Positions 40,381-50,831 of a DNA stretch of 64,000 nt are shown here, piece after piece; the stretch's first letter is position 1; every line of letters begins with the position of its first letter. This stretch comes from Candidatus Latescibacterota bacterium (GTDB lineage: Bacteria; Latescibacterota; UBA2968; UBA8231). The stretch covers positions 672,001 to 736,000 of the forward strand of contig CBDCXV010000011.1 of the NCBI GenBank assembly GCA_965223905.1, written 5' to 3'. Made by a program: the position numbers and the translations under genes. Under the pieces are notes generated by a model. The model saw nothing but the letters and a program-made list of their open reading frames with translations. It did not search any database and was not told the DNA's origin.

Positions 40381-41966
40381 GGCCATTCCGTGCGGTAGGC
40401 CACCAGGAGATCGCCGGCGCTAATGGATCTCGACTCGAGCGAAACGCTGTGTACCGGAATGAGATATCTGGATTCAACCAGCCGGGGGTACCAGTTCGGC
40501 ATGACGACGACGAACTCCGGTCTCCTCGCCACCAGGAATTCCAGCACGCCCCCGTCGGCAGCCTGCCGCGGCCGCAGATAGGTCAGCACCTCCGGGGTGA
40601 TCAGTCCCGCGGTATCGATGATCCGCCGCCCGCTGAAGTACCCGAGGGCCCCTATATCGTGTGTCGCCACCACGGCATCTTCCGGAGCCTCCCGGGCGAT
40701 CCAGCGGGCCATCGGCACGTGCATCTGCTGAATATCGCGGACGTTCTCTCCGAACTGCCTGGCCCCGCCCGGCTGCATGAGCAGGGCGTTGAAGACCACC
40801 GCCATCCAGGCGAGGCCGCCCGGCCGGAGGACCCGGGATTCCCGCACAAAGCCGGAGGAGCTCGAACTGCACAGCCACACCAGGAAATCGCGAAGACCCA
40901 TGGTTCCGAGAACCGCCATCAATGGAATCAGGTGAGCGAAGTAGCGGCCGTGCTGAAAGGTCGCTCCCTTGTACGGGGCCAGTACCCCGCGGACCAGGGG
41001 AAGCGCCAGGATCAGAACCAGGAGGAGCCGCTCCGGGCCCGCAGGCCGGCGCCGCGCCGCGAAGGCCCCCGCGAGCGCTCCGGCAGTCAGAACCGCGTTG
41101 TTCGTCACGCTGTACTCGATTGTCTCAACTAGTTGCACCAGTGGGTAGTAGACGAGGCATTTCAACACTTGAAGGACATCGAGCCGGGCCAGTGCTCCCG
41201 GCAGACCGTACGGTCCGACCTTGGCGTAGTAGGTATTGGGAAACGGATGTCCTATGGTGGCGAAGTTGAAGGCGACGAAGGGGGCGAGCAGCAGCGCGAA
41301 GAGCAGGCAGGGCCGCGCCAGGTCACCGAGAACCCGGATCCGGGGGCCCGGAGGCATCCGCAGCCAGCTGTCGAGGAGGAGGACCGGAAACAGGAGCAGG
41401 CATTCGGGCCGCGCCAGTGAGGACGCGGCGAGCAGGACGGTGGCTCCCGGCCCGGGTGGCGCCCCCCGGGAGCGCAGACAGAGCCAGATGCCGGCAGTCG
41501 CGGCGGCGGCGTACAGGGTGATCTCCATGCCCGACAGGCTGCCCCAGATCAACCTCGGGGTGGTCGCCGCGGACAGACTGGCGAGCAACGCCCAGCCGCC
41601 GCTCAATCCCGCCTGGCGGGCGAGGAGGAAGGTGAAGGTTGCCGTTCCCCACAGCAGCAGGACGCCCACCAGCTTCGCCGCCATCACGACATCGACCGGC
41701 AGCAGGTGCAACCCCGCCAGCAGGACGGTCCACAGAGGGGCGGACGAGGCCGAGACCGGTTCTCCCGCGTTGAAGTACATGCCATGGCCGCTGCTGAGGT
41801 TGCGGGCCATCTGCATGTGGATCCAGGAATCGTCGAGGGGAAATCCCCAGGCCCGGTTCAGCTCCCACTCGGCAAGCAGCCAGGGGACGACCGCGGCGCT
41901 GACCGCGAGGCCCATGACCAGCGCCGACCACCGGCCGGACAGGGATCTGGCTGGAGGGCTCATCAC
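40377..41966 (-). CDS. polytopic membrane glycosyltransferase (GT-C / ArnT-like)
   Basis: GFPLDDSWIH..ARNL..G, SGME, LARPE, PNTYYAK, DIGALGY, DTAGLI; many TM helices. Confidence 0.8.
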   Translation of the reverse strand: MMSPPARSLSGRWSALVMGLAVSAAVVPWLLAEWELNRAWGFPLDDSWIHMQMARNLSSGHGMYFNAGEPVSASSAPLWTVLLAGLHLLPVDVVMAAKLVGVLLLWGTATFTFLLARQAGLSGGWALLASLSAATTPRLIWGSLSGMEITLYAAAATAGIWLCLRSRGAPPGPGATVLLAASSLARPECLLLFPVLLLDSWLRMPPGPRIRVLGDLARPCLLFALLLAPFVAFNFATIGHPFPNTYYAKVGPYGLPGALARLDVLQVLKCLVYYPLVQLVETIEYSVTNNAVLTAGALAGAFAARRRPAGPERLLLVLILALPLVRGVLAPYKGATFQHGRYFAHLIPLMAVLGTMGLRDFLVWLCSSSSSGFVRESRVLRPGGLAWMAVVFNALLMQPGGARQFGENVRDIQQMHVPMARWIAREAPEDAVVATHDIGALGYFSGRRIIDTAGLITPEVLTYLRPRQAADGGVLEFLVARRPEFVVVMPNWYPRLVESRYLIPVHSVSLESRSISAGDLLVAYRTEWP

Positions 41967-42045
41967 CTGGCCGGGGTTGCCGGGGGGTCCCCTGCGGCAG
42001 GGGTAGCGACCGGGTTCACCGGGTTTCTCCGAAATGCAGTCGAAA

Positions 42046-44094
42046 TCATCGGGCCTCGGACAGGGTCCGCTTCGCCTCTGCGCGGGCGGCCTGCATCAGC
42101 TCGAGATCCCGCAGAGGGTCAGCGACGACGAACCCGGGAATGCCCGCCTGCCTGGTTCCGAGCACCTCCCCCGGGCCGCGGATCTCGAGGTCGAAGCGGG
42201 CTATCTCGAAACCGTCGTTCGTAGCGCAGAACGCCCGCAGCCGCTGTTCCGCCCTTGGCGAACCCTCCCCCTCAGCGGCCCCGGAGTAGTCGATGAGAAT
42301 GCAGTAGGCCTGCCCCTCTCCCCGGCCCACCCGGCCCCGAAGCTGGTGCAGCTGCGCCAGACCGAACCTCTCGGCGTGCTCGATCACCATGACCGTCGCT
42401 TCGGGAACGTCGACGCCCACCTCGATGACGGTAGTGGCGACGAGGACCTGCACCTCCCCGCGGGCGAAACGCTCCATCTGCCCGGTCTTTTCCGCGCTGC
42501 CCAGGCGCCCGTGCAGGAGTCCGACCTCGAACTCCGCCAGGGGCCCGGAACTGCTCACTTCCTCGAAACCGTCGACCGCCGACTTCAGGTCGAGCTTTTC
42601 CGATTCCTCTATGACCGGGTACACGATGTAGACGCGCTCCCCGCAACGCAGGCGGCTGGCGGCGAACTCGAGGATCCTGGCACGGCTGGCGGGGGTCCGC
42701 AGCTCGGTGCGCACCGGCTTGCGCCCCGGGGGTACTTCGTCGAGGACGGAGACTTCTAGGTCGCCGTAGAGGGTGAGGGTGAGGGACCGGGGAATCGGAG
42801 TCGCGGTCATGACGAGGATGTCCGCAGTGGGGGCCTTCTCGTACAGCCTTTGGCGCTGGGAAACGCCGAAGCGATGCTGCTCGTCGACGACCCCGAGGCC
42901 GAGGCTGCGGAACCGGACCTCGCTCTCGATCAGGGCGTGGGTGCCGACGGCGACCGCAGCCGACCCGGTCTGGATCGCCGTCAAAACCTCCTCGCGGACA
43001 GCTTTTCTCTGCCCTCCGGCCACCAGCACGGCGGCGACCCCGAAGGGGTGCAGCAGGGACTGCAGATAGTAGAAATGCTGCTCTGCGAGGATTTCGGTCG
43101 GTGCCATCAGAGCGGCCTGGTACCCGGCCTCCACCGCGGTAAGAATGGCGCAGAGGGCGACCAGGGTCTTGCCGGAGCCGACCTCCCCGTGCAGAAGTCG
43201 CCGCATCGGCCGTGGGCTAACCATGTCCGCGGTTATCTCGGACAGGGTGCGCGACTGCGCCCCGGTGAGCTCGAAGGGGAGGGAGGACAACAGCCCGGGC
43301 ACCAGCCTGGTGCTTTTGCCGAACTGGTGCCCCCGTTGATCTCCCGCCCTCTGCCGTCTCTTCAGGAGGGAGAGCTGCAGAGTGTAGAACTCTTGGAAAG
43401 CCAGGCGTCTCCTCGCCCTGTCGAGCGCGTCAAATGATTCAGGGAAGTGTATGGTGCGGAGGGAGTTGTGCAGTTCGACGAGATCGTTTCTCCGGCGCGT
43501 GTCCGGGTCGAGGGACTCCTCCGTTCCCGGCAGGTACCGATCGAGGGCGGCTCTGACGATGGCCCGGAATCCGCGACTGCGCAGGCCGCGCTCCTTCATG
43601 TCGGCGGTGGTGGCGTACAACGGGATGATACCCGCGGTGTGAATGAGCCCACGATCCCCTGCTGCGGAGAGGAACTCGTACTCCGGATGGGGCATTTGCA
43701 GGCGCCCCCGGTACTCTTCGACCCTGCCGCTGAGAGCAAGGAGATCGCCGACTTCCGCCCTGACGTACTGGCCGCCCTGGAACCAGACGCAGCGGAGGGT
43801 TCCCGAGCCGTCGCTGACGTCGACGGTGGCGGGCAGCGGACGGCCCCTGCGGCTGCGCGCGAAACCTGGGGAGGCGCAGGCCGTGACCGTGGCGATCACG
43901 GTCACCTCCCCTCCTGCAGCGAGCTCGGAAATCATCGCCACGGCGCTGCGGTCGAGGTATCGCCGCGGCACCCTCAGGAGCAGGCCCGCCACGGTTTCGA
44001 TCCCGGCCTCCCTGAGCGCCTGGCCCCGCCTGGAGCCCACGCCCGGAACTTCCTCGATTGCCGTGGCCAGCTGCGACCCGTTCAGCCGAAGCAC
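42046..44094 (-). CDS. recG: ATP-dependent DNA helicase RecG
   Basis: MRRLLHGEVGSGKT, MAPTEILAEQH, DEQHRFGV, MTATPIPR, GLAQLHQLRGRVGRG. Confidence 0.97.
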   Translation of the reverse strand: MLRLNGSQLATAIEEVPGVGSRRGQALREAGIETVAGLLLRVPRRYLDRSAVAMISELAAGGEVTVIATVTACASPGFARSRRGRPLPATVDVSDGSGTLRCVWFQGGQYVRAEVGDLLALSGRVEEYRGRLQMPHPEYEFLSAAGDRGLIHTAGIIPLYATTADMKERGLRSRGFRAIVRAALDRYLPGTEESLDPDTRRRNDLVELHNSLRTIHFPESFDALDRARRRLAFQEFYTLQLSLLKRRQRAGDQRGHQFGKSTRLVPGLLSSLPFELTGAQSRTLSEITADMVSPRPMRRLLHGEVGSGKTLVALCAILTAVEAGYQAALMAPTEILAEQHFYYLQSLLHPFGVAAVLVAGGQRKAVREEVLTAIQTGSAAVAVGTHALIESEVRFRSLGLGVVDEQHRFGVSQRQRLYEKAPTADILVMTATPIPRSLTLTLYGDLEVSVLDEVPPGRKPVRTELRTPASRARILEFAASRLRCGERVYIVYPVIEESEKLDLKSAVDGFEEVSSSGPLAEFEVGLLHGRLGSAEKTGQMERFARGEVQVLVATTVIEVGVDVPEATVMVIEHAERFGLAQLHQLRGRVGRGEGQAYCILIDYSGAAEGEGSPRAEQRLRAFCATNDGFEIARFDLEIRGPGEVLGTRQAGIPGFVVADPLRDLELMQAARAEAKRTLSEAR

Positions 44095-44276
44095 CTGTTA
44101 CTCTCCGGGATCGCCCCGGCCCGAAAGTTGGTCCGCGCCCTCCCCGGTGACGAGGCCGCTTCGCAGCGACCGCAGGGCAATCCGGGGGGAGGGAACGACT
44201 CGCAGGCGGGCTTGGAGCCCACGGAAATCGATGCGGAAAGGCCTGTCCCGGGTTTCCGGGACCGCAGGCGGAGCGC

Positions 44277-44305
44277 TTGACAGAGGGAAACCGCTCCTGT
44301 ATATA
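44277..44305 (+). promoter_or_regulatory. putative sigma70 promoter
   Basis: TTGACA-17bp-TATATA upstream of the 44370 ORF. Confidence 0.55.
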
Positions 44306-44369
44306 CCCCTCTTTCTCCCCGCGCAAATCGGCTCCCTCCCTCCCCGGGTATTCGAGCTCTCACGAAACC

Positions 44370-44840
44370 ATGCAGCGACCCTCTTTCGCCCAGTTCCTCA
44401 CGGGCTCCGGCTCGCCGGGCGGCCCGCTCTTCCTTTTCGCCTATTGCGGGATGTGGCTTCACCTCGTCGTCGGCATCCCCCTCTTGGTTCTGAAGCTCGA
44501 GGTGCCGCTGCCGGACGCCGTCGGTTCGATGGCCATCAGTTCGCTCAGCGCCGGAATCATCCTCTACGCAATCCTTTCCCGGGAGTACGGATTGCTCGTC
44601 ACCCTGATCCCGTACGGACTCGGGATGGCGCGGGCATTCGCCCCCGAAACCCGGGGCGTCGACTTCCTGCTGGCCGCCATCATCATCCTCTTGGGCTCGG
44701 GGCATCGGGTGTTTTCCAGTGAGTACCGACACTACAGGCGGGAGGTTTTCGACGGGGACGAAGGAATGCCGCTGTGGATCACCGCTCTCACCGGCGCGGT
44801 CCTGATGCTGCTGTTCCTCTGCGGATTTCAACTGCTGTAA
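44370..44840 (+). CDS. hypothetical membrane protein
   Basis: 156 aa with 4-5 hydrophobic helices, downstream of a sigma70-like promoter. Confidence 0.7.
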   Translation: MQRPSFAQFLTGSGSPGGPLFLFAYCGMWLHLVVGIPLLVLKLEVPLPDAVGSMAISSLSAGIILYAILSREYGLLVTLIPYGLGMARAFAPETRGVDFLLAAIIILLGSGHRVFSSEYRHYRREVFDGDEGMPLWITALTGAVLMLLFLCGFQLL

Positions 44841-44894
44841 ACCGCGACATTTCCCGGGCGGAAGCCGTAGCGACTCCGGGAGGAGCCCGCGCCG

Positions 44895-45998
44895 TTAGCG
44901 GATCTTGAGGGTCGCCAGGCCGCACAGCGCGAGGATGCCGGCGACGATCCAGAAGCGGATTACGATCTTGGTGTCGGCGATGCCCCGCGCCTGAAAGTGG
45001 TGGTGGATGGGGGCGCTGAGGAAGAATCTCCGTCCCAGCCACCTGATGCCGATCTTCTCCTGAATCAGCACCGACAGGGCCTCTCCGACGAAAATCCCGC
45101 CGACGATCAGGAACAGGATCTCCTGTTTCACCAGAACCACCAGGGTCCCGATTAGCCCGCCGAGCGCCAGCGATCCGGCATCCCCCATGATCACGTTCGC
45201 GGGGTAGGAGTTGAACCACAGGAACCCGAGGCAGGCTCCGAACACGATGGTGCAGATGATGGCGACCTCTCCGGCCCCCGGAATGAACGGAAAGATCAGG
45301 AACTCGGAGATCCTGGCGTGGCTGGAGACGTACGCGAAGACGCCGTACACCGCCACGACGAAGGCTACGGGCACCACGGCGAGGCCGTCTATGCCGTCGG
45401 CGATGTTCACCGAGTTGGAGATGGCGATGATGGTGAACACGATCAGCGGCACGTACCCCCACGACAGATCGACTACGGGGTTCTTCAGGAACGGCAGGTA
45501 GAGCTGCGTCGCCAGCCCCGGGGGGAGCGGCGACAGCCAATCGGAGACGAAGACGACGGCGAAGACGATGGCGTAGAGAAACTGCAGCGCCAGCTTGGCG
45601 GTCTCCGACAGACCGCGATCGTTGTTGCCGTGGCGGACCTTGAGGTAGTCGTCGATGTATCCCAGGGCGGCAAACCAGGCGACCGCAGCCATGCACATGA
45701 GCACGAGCGGATTGTGCAGCTGGCACCAGAGCAGCACGCTCAGGGCGATTGCCGCCACCAGCAGTCCGCCCCCGTAAGTCTTGGCAGGGTGATCGGTAAC
45801 CGGAAAGTCGGTGTATATGCGCGACGTGTCGCGCTTGCCCGAGCGGTAGAAGTAGAGGATTATGCGCCAGCCGAACAGGATGGTGAACACCAGGGCGGTG
45901 ATGGCGCCGCCGATGGCGCGAAAACTGATCGAGTCGAACAGCCGCAGGTAGGAGAGGGACTGGACCGATTGCAGGTAGTCGCCGAGATAGACCAGCAC
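44895..45998 (-). CDS. mraY: phospho-N-acetylmuramoyl-pentapeptide transferase (MraY-like)
   Basis: GYIDDYLK, SNSVNIADGIDGLA, LGFLWFNSYPA, MGDAGSLALG, APIHHHF. Confidence 0.92.
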   Translation of the reverse strand: MLVYLGDYLQSVQSLSYLRLFDSISFRAIGGAITALVFTILFGWRIILYFYRSGKRDTSRIYTDFPVTDHPAKTYGGGLLVAAIALSVLLWCQLHNPLVLMCMAAVAWFAALGYIDDYLKVRHGNNDRGLSETAKLALQFLYAIVFAVVFVSDWLSPLPPGLATQLYLPFLKNPVVDLSWGYVPLIVFTIIAISNSVNIADGIDGLAVVPVAFVVAVYGVFAYVSSHARISEFLIFPFIPGAGEVAIICTIVFGACLGFLWFNSYPANVIMGDAGSLALGGLIGTLVVLVKQEILFLIVGGIFVGEALSVLIQEKIGIRWLGRRFFLSAPIHHHFQARGIADTKIVIRFWIVAGILALCGLATLKIR

Positions 45999-46007
45999 GG
46001 AGTTCCC

Positions 46008-48062
46008 TTATCCGCCCCCGGCCCTGAAGGCGTCGGGCGCCTCCGACGCATCGGCAGGAGAGTCAGCGAGCTCGGCGAGTTCGGAAAGACTCTCTTTCAG
46101 GGGGAACTCCGGAGTGAAGTTCGGCGACGTGGCGAGCACCTGCTCTGCCTCACCGGCCATCTCGGCAGGGCTCAGAACCCCGCGGCGAAGCAGGTTCTGC
46201 AGCGCCAGCACCACCTCGTGCCGGACCTGCCAGTCCGGGTGATGGTAGAAGTTCCGCAGCAAGCGGATCAGCCCGGGATCCCCCCCCACGGCCCCCAGGG
46301 CTCGTATCGCCCTGGCGACGACTCGCCGGGAGCGGTCCGACAGCGCATTTACGAGGGCGCTCTCGATGCGTTCGGAGGGCTTGCCGGCCTCCCCGAGCAG
46401 ATCCGCGGCCGCGGCCCGGACCTCGAAATAGGGATCGGTCTCGAGGGCAACCAGAAGCGCGGCCTCGACCTGCGGCTCTCCGGCGACCCGCAGCCACCGC
46501 AGTGCGATCTGTATGGTGTTTCGCCTCAGAATCCCGGAATGCCGGAAGTCGCCCCCCAGCAGTCTCTTTAGGGCCCCCACCTGCCGGCGGTCCTCGAGGA
46601 TCTGGAGCAACAGGTCGAGCCGGTCCCGGTGCTCGAGATAGCCGGCGAGCTTGACCCCGACGTTGCGTTTGCCGAGCGGAATTTCGTACCACTCTCTCGA
46701 CGAAAGGTAGCGGTCCGCCTGATAGCGCAGGTAGGCCAACTCGCGGTCGGGGATCCCCTGGGCTCCGCCGGCCGCTTCCACCCGCTCCCGCACCTTTCTG
46801 ACCAGGGCGTTCGGATCGCCCGGCAGCCCTTCATCTCCCGGGGCCTCGAGGTTGAGGGATGCCGGCCTTCCCCCCTCTACCATGCTCTCGAGCTCTCTGC
46901 GGATCAGCTCCAGGCTGTCGCGCCGCGGCACCCCCTGCGCCGCGGCTGACACCCGGCGCCGTTCCTCGGGGGCTTCGAGCAATCCCTCGATCGCTGCGGC
47001 GAGGCGTTTGCCGTCGACCTTGGTGGTAACGCCCCCCCCTTCCCACGCAGCCTCGGAGTAGAGGACGACCGCGGCTCCCCGTTTCTCCATCTCGCGGGCG
47101 TTGATCGCCTGGTGATCGTCCGCGGATGTCGACAGTGGAATGATGACGGCAGGCAAGCCGCAAACGCCGATTTCGGTGAGCGTTGCCGCACCCCCGCGGC
47201 AGACGACGACATCGGACGCGGCGTAGAGATCCTCGATCTGTTCCGCGTAGGGCAGCCGCCGGTACCAGTCCGAGGTGTCGCCGGCCAATCCCGACTCGCG
47301 CAACCGCTGCTCAGTGTCGGCGACTGGGTCGTACGTCGCCTCGGAGACTCCTCCGGGGGAGGTGGCCCCGGTGACGTGCAGGATGAGCAGGTCCGAACGT
47401 TGCCGCAGCCTCGGCAGCGCCTCGACCACGGCGCGGTTGATCTCGCGCGACCCCTGGGAACCGCCGACGACGAACAGCACCTGGCGCTCCGGATCGATAT
47501 CGAGCCTTTTGCGGGCGGCGGCTCGGTCGAGCTGCAGGAGCTCGCGGCGAACCGGGTAGCCGACCACCGCGACGCGCCCGATGTCGAACCAGCGCCCCGC
47601 CTGCTCGAAAGCCACACCTATGCGGTCGGCCAACCGCCCCACCGTGTGGTTGAGCAGTCCTGGATGGGCGTTGGGTTCGTAGAGGAACATCCTGGCCTTG
47701 CAGACACGCAACTTGCGCAGAATGCCGAAGGCGAGCATCACCGGAGCGCTGACGAAACCGCCGGTGGTGATGACCACGTGGGGCCGGAAGCGGAGCAGAA
47801 TCAGCAGGGCGCGGCCGACTCCGGCGGCCAGGGTCAGCCAGAACAGCATCTGGGGCAGCGCCGAGAGGGAGCGCGGGTAGGGACGCGAGCGCACGTAGCG
47901 CAGCGCGTACCCCCGGGCCGGAACGATCCTGGATTCAAGCCGGTTGCGAACTCCGACGTAGAGGAACTCCGCGTCGGCATGCAGGCGGCGCAGCTCGTCG
48001 GCAATGGCAAGTGCAGGATATACGTGGCCCCCGGTGCCGCCGCCGGTCAGGAGGTATTTCAC
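46008..48062 (-). CDS. murG: MurG-like GT28 glycosyltransferase fused to a C-terminal HEAT-repeat region
   Basis: TGGGTGGHVYPALA, TGGFVS, EPNAHPG, GGSQGS, RGGAAT, DHQAINA; then ~260 aa with FEVRAAAADLLG / VVARAIRALG / WQVRHEVVLAL repeats. Confidence 0.85.
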   Translation of the reverse strand: MKYLLTGGGTGGHVYPALAIADELRRLHADAEFLYVGVRNRLESRIVPARGYALRYVRSRPYPRSLSALPQMLFWLTLAAGVGRALLILLRFRPHVVITTGGFVSAPVMLAFGILRKLRVCKARMFLYEPNAHPGLLNHTVGRLADRIGVAFEQAGRWFDIGRVAVVGYPVRRELLQLDRAAARKRLDIDPERQVLFVVGGSQGSREINRAVVEALPRLRQRSDLLILHVTGATSPGGVSEATYDPVADTEQRLRESGLAGDTSDWYRRLPYAEQIEDLYAASDVVVCRGGAATLTEIGVCGLPAVIIPLSTSADDHQAINAREMEKRGAAVVLYSEAAWEGGGVTTKVDGKRLAAAIEGLLEAPEERRRVSAAAQGVPRRDSLELIRRELESMVEGGRPASLNLEAPGDEGLPGDPNALVRKVRERVEAAGGAQGIPDRELAYLRYQADRYLSSREWYEIPLGKRNVGVKLAGYLEHRDRLDLLLQILEDRRQVGALKRLLGGDFRHSGILRRNTIQIALRWLRVAGEPQVEAALLVALETDPYFEVRAAAADLLGEAGKPSERIESALVNALSDRSRRVVARAIRALGAVGGDPGLIRLLRNFYHHPDWQVRHEVVLALQNLLRRGVLSPAEMAGEAEQVLATSPNFTPEFPLKESLSELAELADSPADASEAPDAFRAGGG

Positions 48063-48269
48063 GTTATCGGTCCGTCGCTTGCCCCCGTACCGGAGAGGAG
48101 GGGGCGGAAATACGCCGCCGGCAGATCGACCCGATGGGGCGAATGCCTTGGGGGGCCGGCAAACGGATCCGGGAAACCGGTGGGGATGTGCAGGCTGGGT
48201 GGCGAAGGAGGCATCTTCCGCCCAATTGTAGCAAGATCGCCGAAATGCGACAAGCGGCTGCACTCCCCT

Positions 48270-49037
48270 TCAGATGTCGGTCACCGCGGCCTTCGGCATC
48301 CATCCTCCGCTGCCGTTGGGCAGCCGCACCAGGTACCATCCTTCCTCATCGCGGTCGATGCGCACCTTGGTACCCTCGTGAAGCACGAACACCGGCGTCT
48401 GGTCGCCGCCAGGTCCGCTGCGGGCGGTCGCCTCCTGGGCGGTCACGATGGCATGGTTCGCCGATTCGTGGGTGTAGATGCGCGAGGCGAGAAACAGGGC
48501 TGCAATCACCCAGGCAGCTGCGCATGCGGCCAGCAGCCGCAGTTGCACCCGTGCAGCCTGGGGCCGCAGCCAGCGCAGACAGGCGAGCACCCAGACGGAG
48601 AGCAGGGTCGCGGCGAAGGCGACCGCGAGTTCGTCGAGGGTGGGAAAGGCGTAGACCGCGGCGGCGAAGCGGGCCAGCGGATTCTCCTCCGCGGGCGGCT
48701 CCCGGTCCCTCTTCACCTGGCGGGCGAAGCGCAGGTTTGCGAGTATGTCCGGATCCCTCGGCTCGAGCCGCACGGCGCGCTCGTACCACACTATCGCTTC
48801 ACCGAGGCGCGAGACCTTGAAGCAGGCATTGCCGAGGTTGTAGAACAGGCGGGAATCGCGAATGCCTTCGCCGGCGATCCGCAAGTAGGTATCGCGGGCA
48901 GCCTCGTACTCGCCGGCGCGGTAGAGGTCGTTTCCCTCGGCGAACAGCCCCGCGGCCGCGGATTGCCCTGCCGAAGGAACCGGTGTGCAGGCGCAGGCGA
49001 CCGCCAACGAGGCCGCGAGCAGGGACCGGGTCTTCAC
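48270..49037 (-). CDS. batE: BatE-like TPR + SH3 protein
   Basis: YNLGNA..LGEAIVWYERA..EPRDPDILANL; FVLHEGTKV...GWM; operon position. Confidence 0.85.
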   Translation of the reverse strand: MKTRSLLAASLAVACACTPVPSAGQSAAAGLFAEGNDLYRAGEYEAARDTYLRIAGEGIRDSRLFYNLGNACFKVSRLGEAIVWYERAVRLEPRDPDILANLRFARQVKRDREPPAEENPLARFAAAVYAFPTLDELAVAFAATLLSVWVLACLRWLRPQAARVQLRLLAACAAAWVIAALFLASRIYTHESANHAIVTAQEATARSGPGGDQTPVFVLHEGTKVRIDRDEEGWYLVRLPNGSGGWMPKAAVTDI

Positions 49038-50824
49038 GCCAGCACCCTCTGCAGCCGTTCCATCAGCTCCTCGGCGCGATCCTGGGTGCGCCTCATCTCC
49101 TCGGCCGAGGCCGCACCGGTGGCGAAGCGGGCAAATTCGCATTCCTCCAGCAGTTCTCCGAGATCCTCCATCGTCTGCTGCGGCGTCCCCCGGCCCCGCA
49201 GCTCCACAGCGCACTCTTCCTTCTCCAGCCCCGCGGCCGAGCGGTTGAGGTGGTCGGCGACGAACTCCAGCACCGCCCGGTGGATCTCCGCATGGAAATC
49301 CGGAGCCGGGGCGCCTCCGGCCAGCATCCGGCGCGCCGTTTTCAGCCTGCGTCCGGCCGCGCCCCGAGCGCCCCGGCGGCGCGCGTAGGCGATGTCCCCC
49401 TCGAGCCGGCGCCGGTGGCGCTGCCAGACGTAAAGACCTGCGTACGCCAACGGCATCAGCGACTGCACCAGCCAGAAAGTAACGCTGCGGTACAGGTACC
49501 CTTCGTCCCCCAGCTCCCCCACATCCGGTTTAATGTGGCGAATGTCGGTCCCGACGACCTCGATCTCCTTTCTGCTCAGCAGGTAGCGGGTATCTTCCCC
49601 GCTCTCCTGCAGGTCGCCGCCGACGGGAAGCTCGCGGGGATCCGTCTGCAGCGTCCGGTAAGCTCGCACCTCGGGATCGAAAAAGGCGAAACGCGCCGGG
49701 GGAATGGCGAGAGTCCCCGGGGCTTCGGGAATCAGGATGTACTCGAAGGTCTTGGTGCCGCCGTAACCGCTGCCGGTATCTCCCGACTCCTCGGACACTT
49801 TCGGGTCGTACTCCTTGAATCCCACCAGGTCCCCGAGCAACGGCTCTCCGACCGCGCCGATATTACCCTTCCCCTGAATCGAGATGGTGAGAGTAACGGG
49901 ATCCCCGGCCCGCGGCGCCGGTGGCTGCAGGGTCGACATCATCCGGTAGGTTCCCACCGCGCCGTCGAACTCCGCGGGCCGTCCCTTCGCAGGCAGGGGC
50001 AGTACTTCGACGGTGACCTCGGGGCTGCGCACCAGCAGGGTCCGGCCGCGGCCGAAGAACGGATCGTCGAACAGGGAGAAAGCGTCGAACAGGCTGTTCC
50101 TCCTCCTTCCCTCGACAACGCTGCACCGGATCACCAGAGGCTCGATTACGTGCTCCCCGGCGCTGGCCGGAAACAGGGCCACCTTGCGCAGCGGCACGAC
50201 ATTGAAGGCGACTCCGCCGATCACCTGGCGTTGCGGTTCCAGGCGCTGGGCGACGAACAGATCCTTGGTCCAGAATCCCGAGAACGCGGGCACCTCCTCG
50301 AAGCCGACGTCCCGGAGCTGGTAGCGGTAGCACAGGTCGTAGGACAGCAATACCTGTTGGCCTGCGTAAACTTTCGCCCGGTCCTGCTCCACCCGGACGA
50401 ACAGGTTGTCCTCCAGGGACTGCGGTTCGGCCTCTCCCTTTCCCTTTGCCACGATTACCTCGATCGCTTTCGTCGAGTACTTCCTACCCCCCAGCTCAAG
50501 TGTAGCCGGCCCGATGACGAAGGTCCCCTCGCGGCGCGGGTACAAGGTGTAGGTCAGCTCGCGGGCGTGGGTCACGCGGCCGTTGACGATCTCGGTGCGC
50601 ACCCCGACCGAGGGACCGTACACGTCGAATTCGTCGAGCTTCAGCTGCGGCGTCGGGACTTTCGGGAAGTTCTGCGAAGAGGAGATCGACAGCGTCATCT
50701 CGATCGGGCGGGATCTGGTTGTCCTGGTGCGATCCAGCGAGGCCGTGAACTCGACCTCCGCGGCGGCGAAGGAGGCTGCCACCACCACTCCGGCCGCCGC
50801 CGCAATCAGTCGCCCAAATTGCAA
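49034..50824 (-). CDS. batD: BatD family protein
   Basis: EFTASLDR, VYAGQQV, PAEFDGAVG, GDPVTL..GKGN; operon position. Confidence 0.85.
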   Translation of the reverse strand: MQFGRLIAAAAGVVVAASFAAAEVEFTASLDRTRTTRSRPIEMTLSISSSQNFPKVPTPQLKLDEFDVYGPSVGVRTEIVNGRVTHARELTYTLYPRREGTFVIGPATLELGGRKYSTKAIEVIVAKGKGEAEPQSLEDNLFVRVEQDRAKVYAGQQVLLSYDLCYRYQLRDVGFEEVPAFSGFWTKDLFVAQRLEPQRQVIGGVAFNVVPLRKVALFPASAGEHVIEPLVIRCSVVEGRRRNSLFDAFSLFDDPFFGRGRTLLVRSPEVTVEVLPLPAKGRPAEFDGAVGTYRMMSTLQPPAPRAGDPVTLTISIQGKGNIGAVGEPLLGDLVGFKEYDPKVSEESGDTGSGYGGTKTFEYILIPEAPGTLAIPPARFAFFDPEVRAYRTLQTDPRELPVGGDLQESGEDTRYLLSRKEIEVVGTDIRHIKPDVGELGDEGYLYRSVTFWLVQSLMPLAYAGLYVWQRHRRRLEGDIAYARRRGARGAAGRRLKTARRMLAGGAPAPDFHAEIHRAVLEFVADHLNRSAAGLEKEECAVELRGRGTPQQTMEDLGELLEECEFARFATGAASAEEMRRTQDRAEELMERLQRVLA

Positions 50825-50831
50825 AGCAGTC

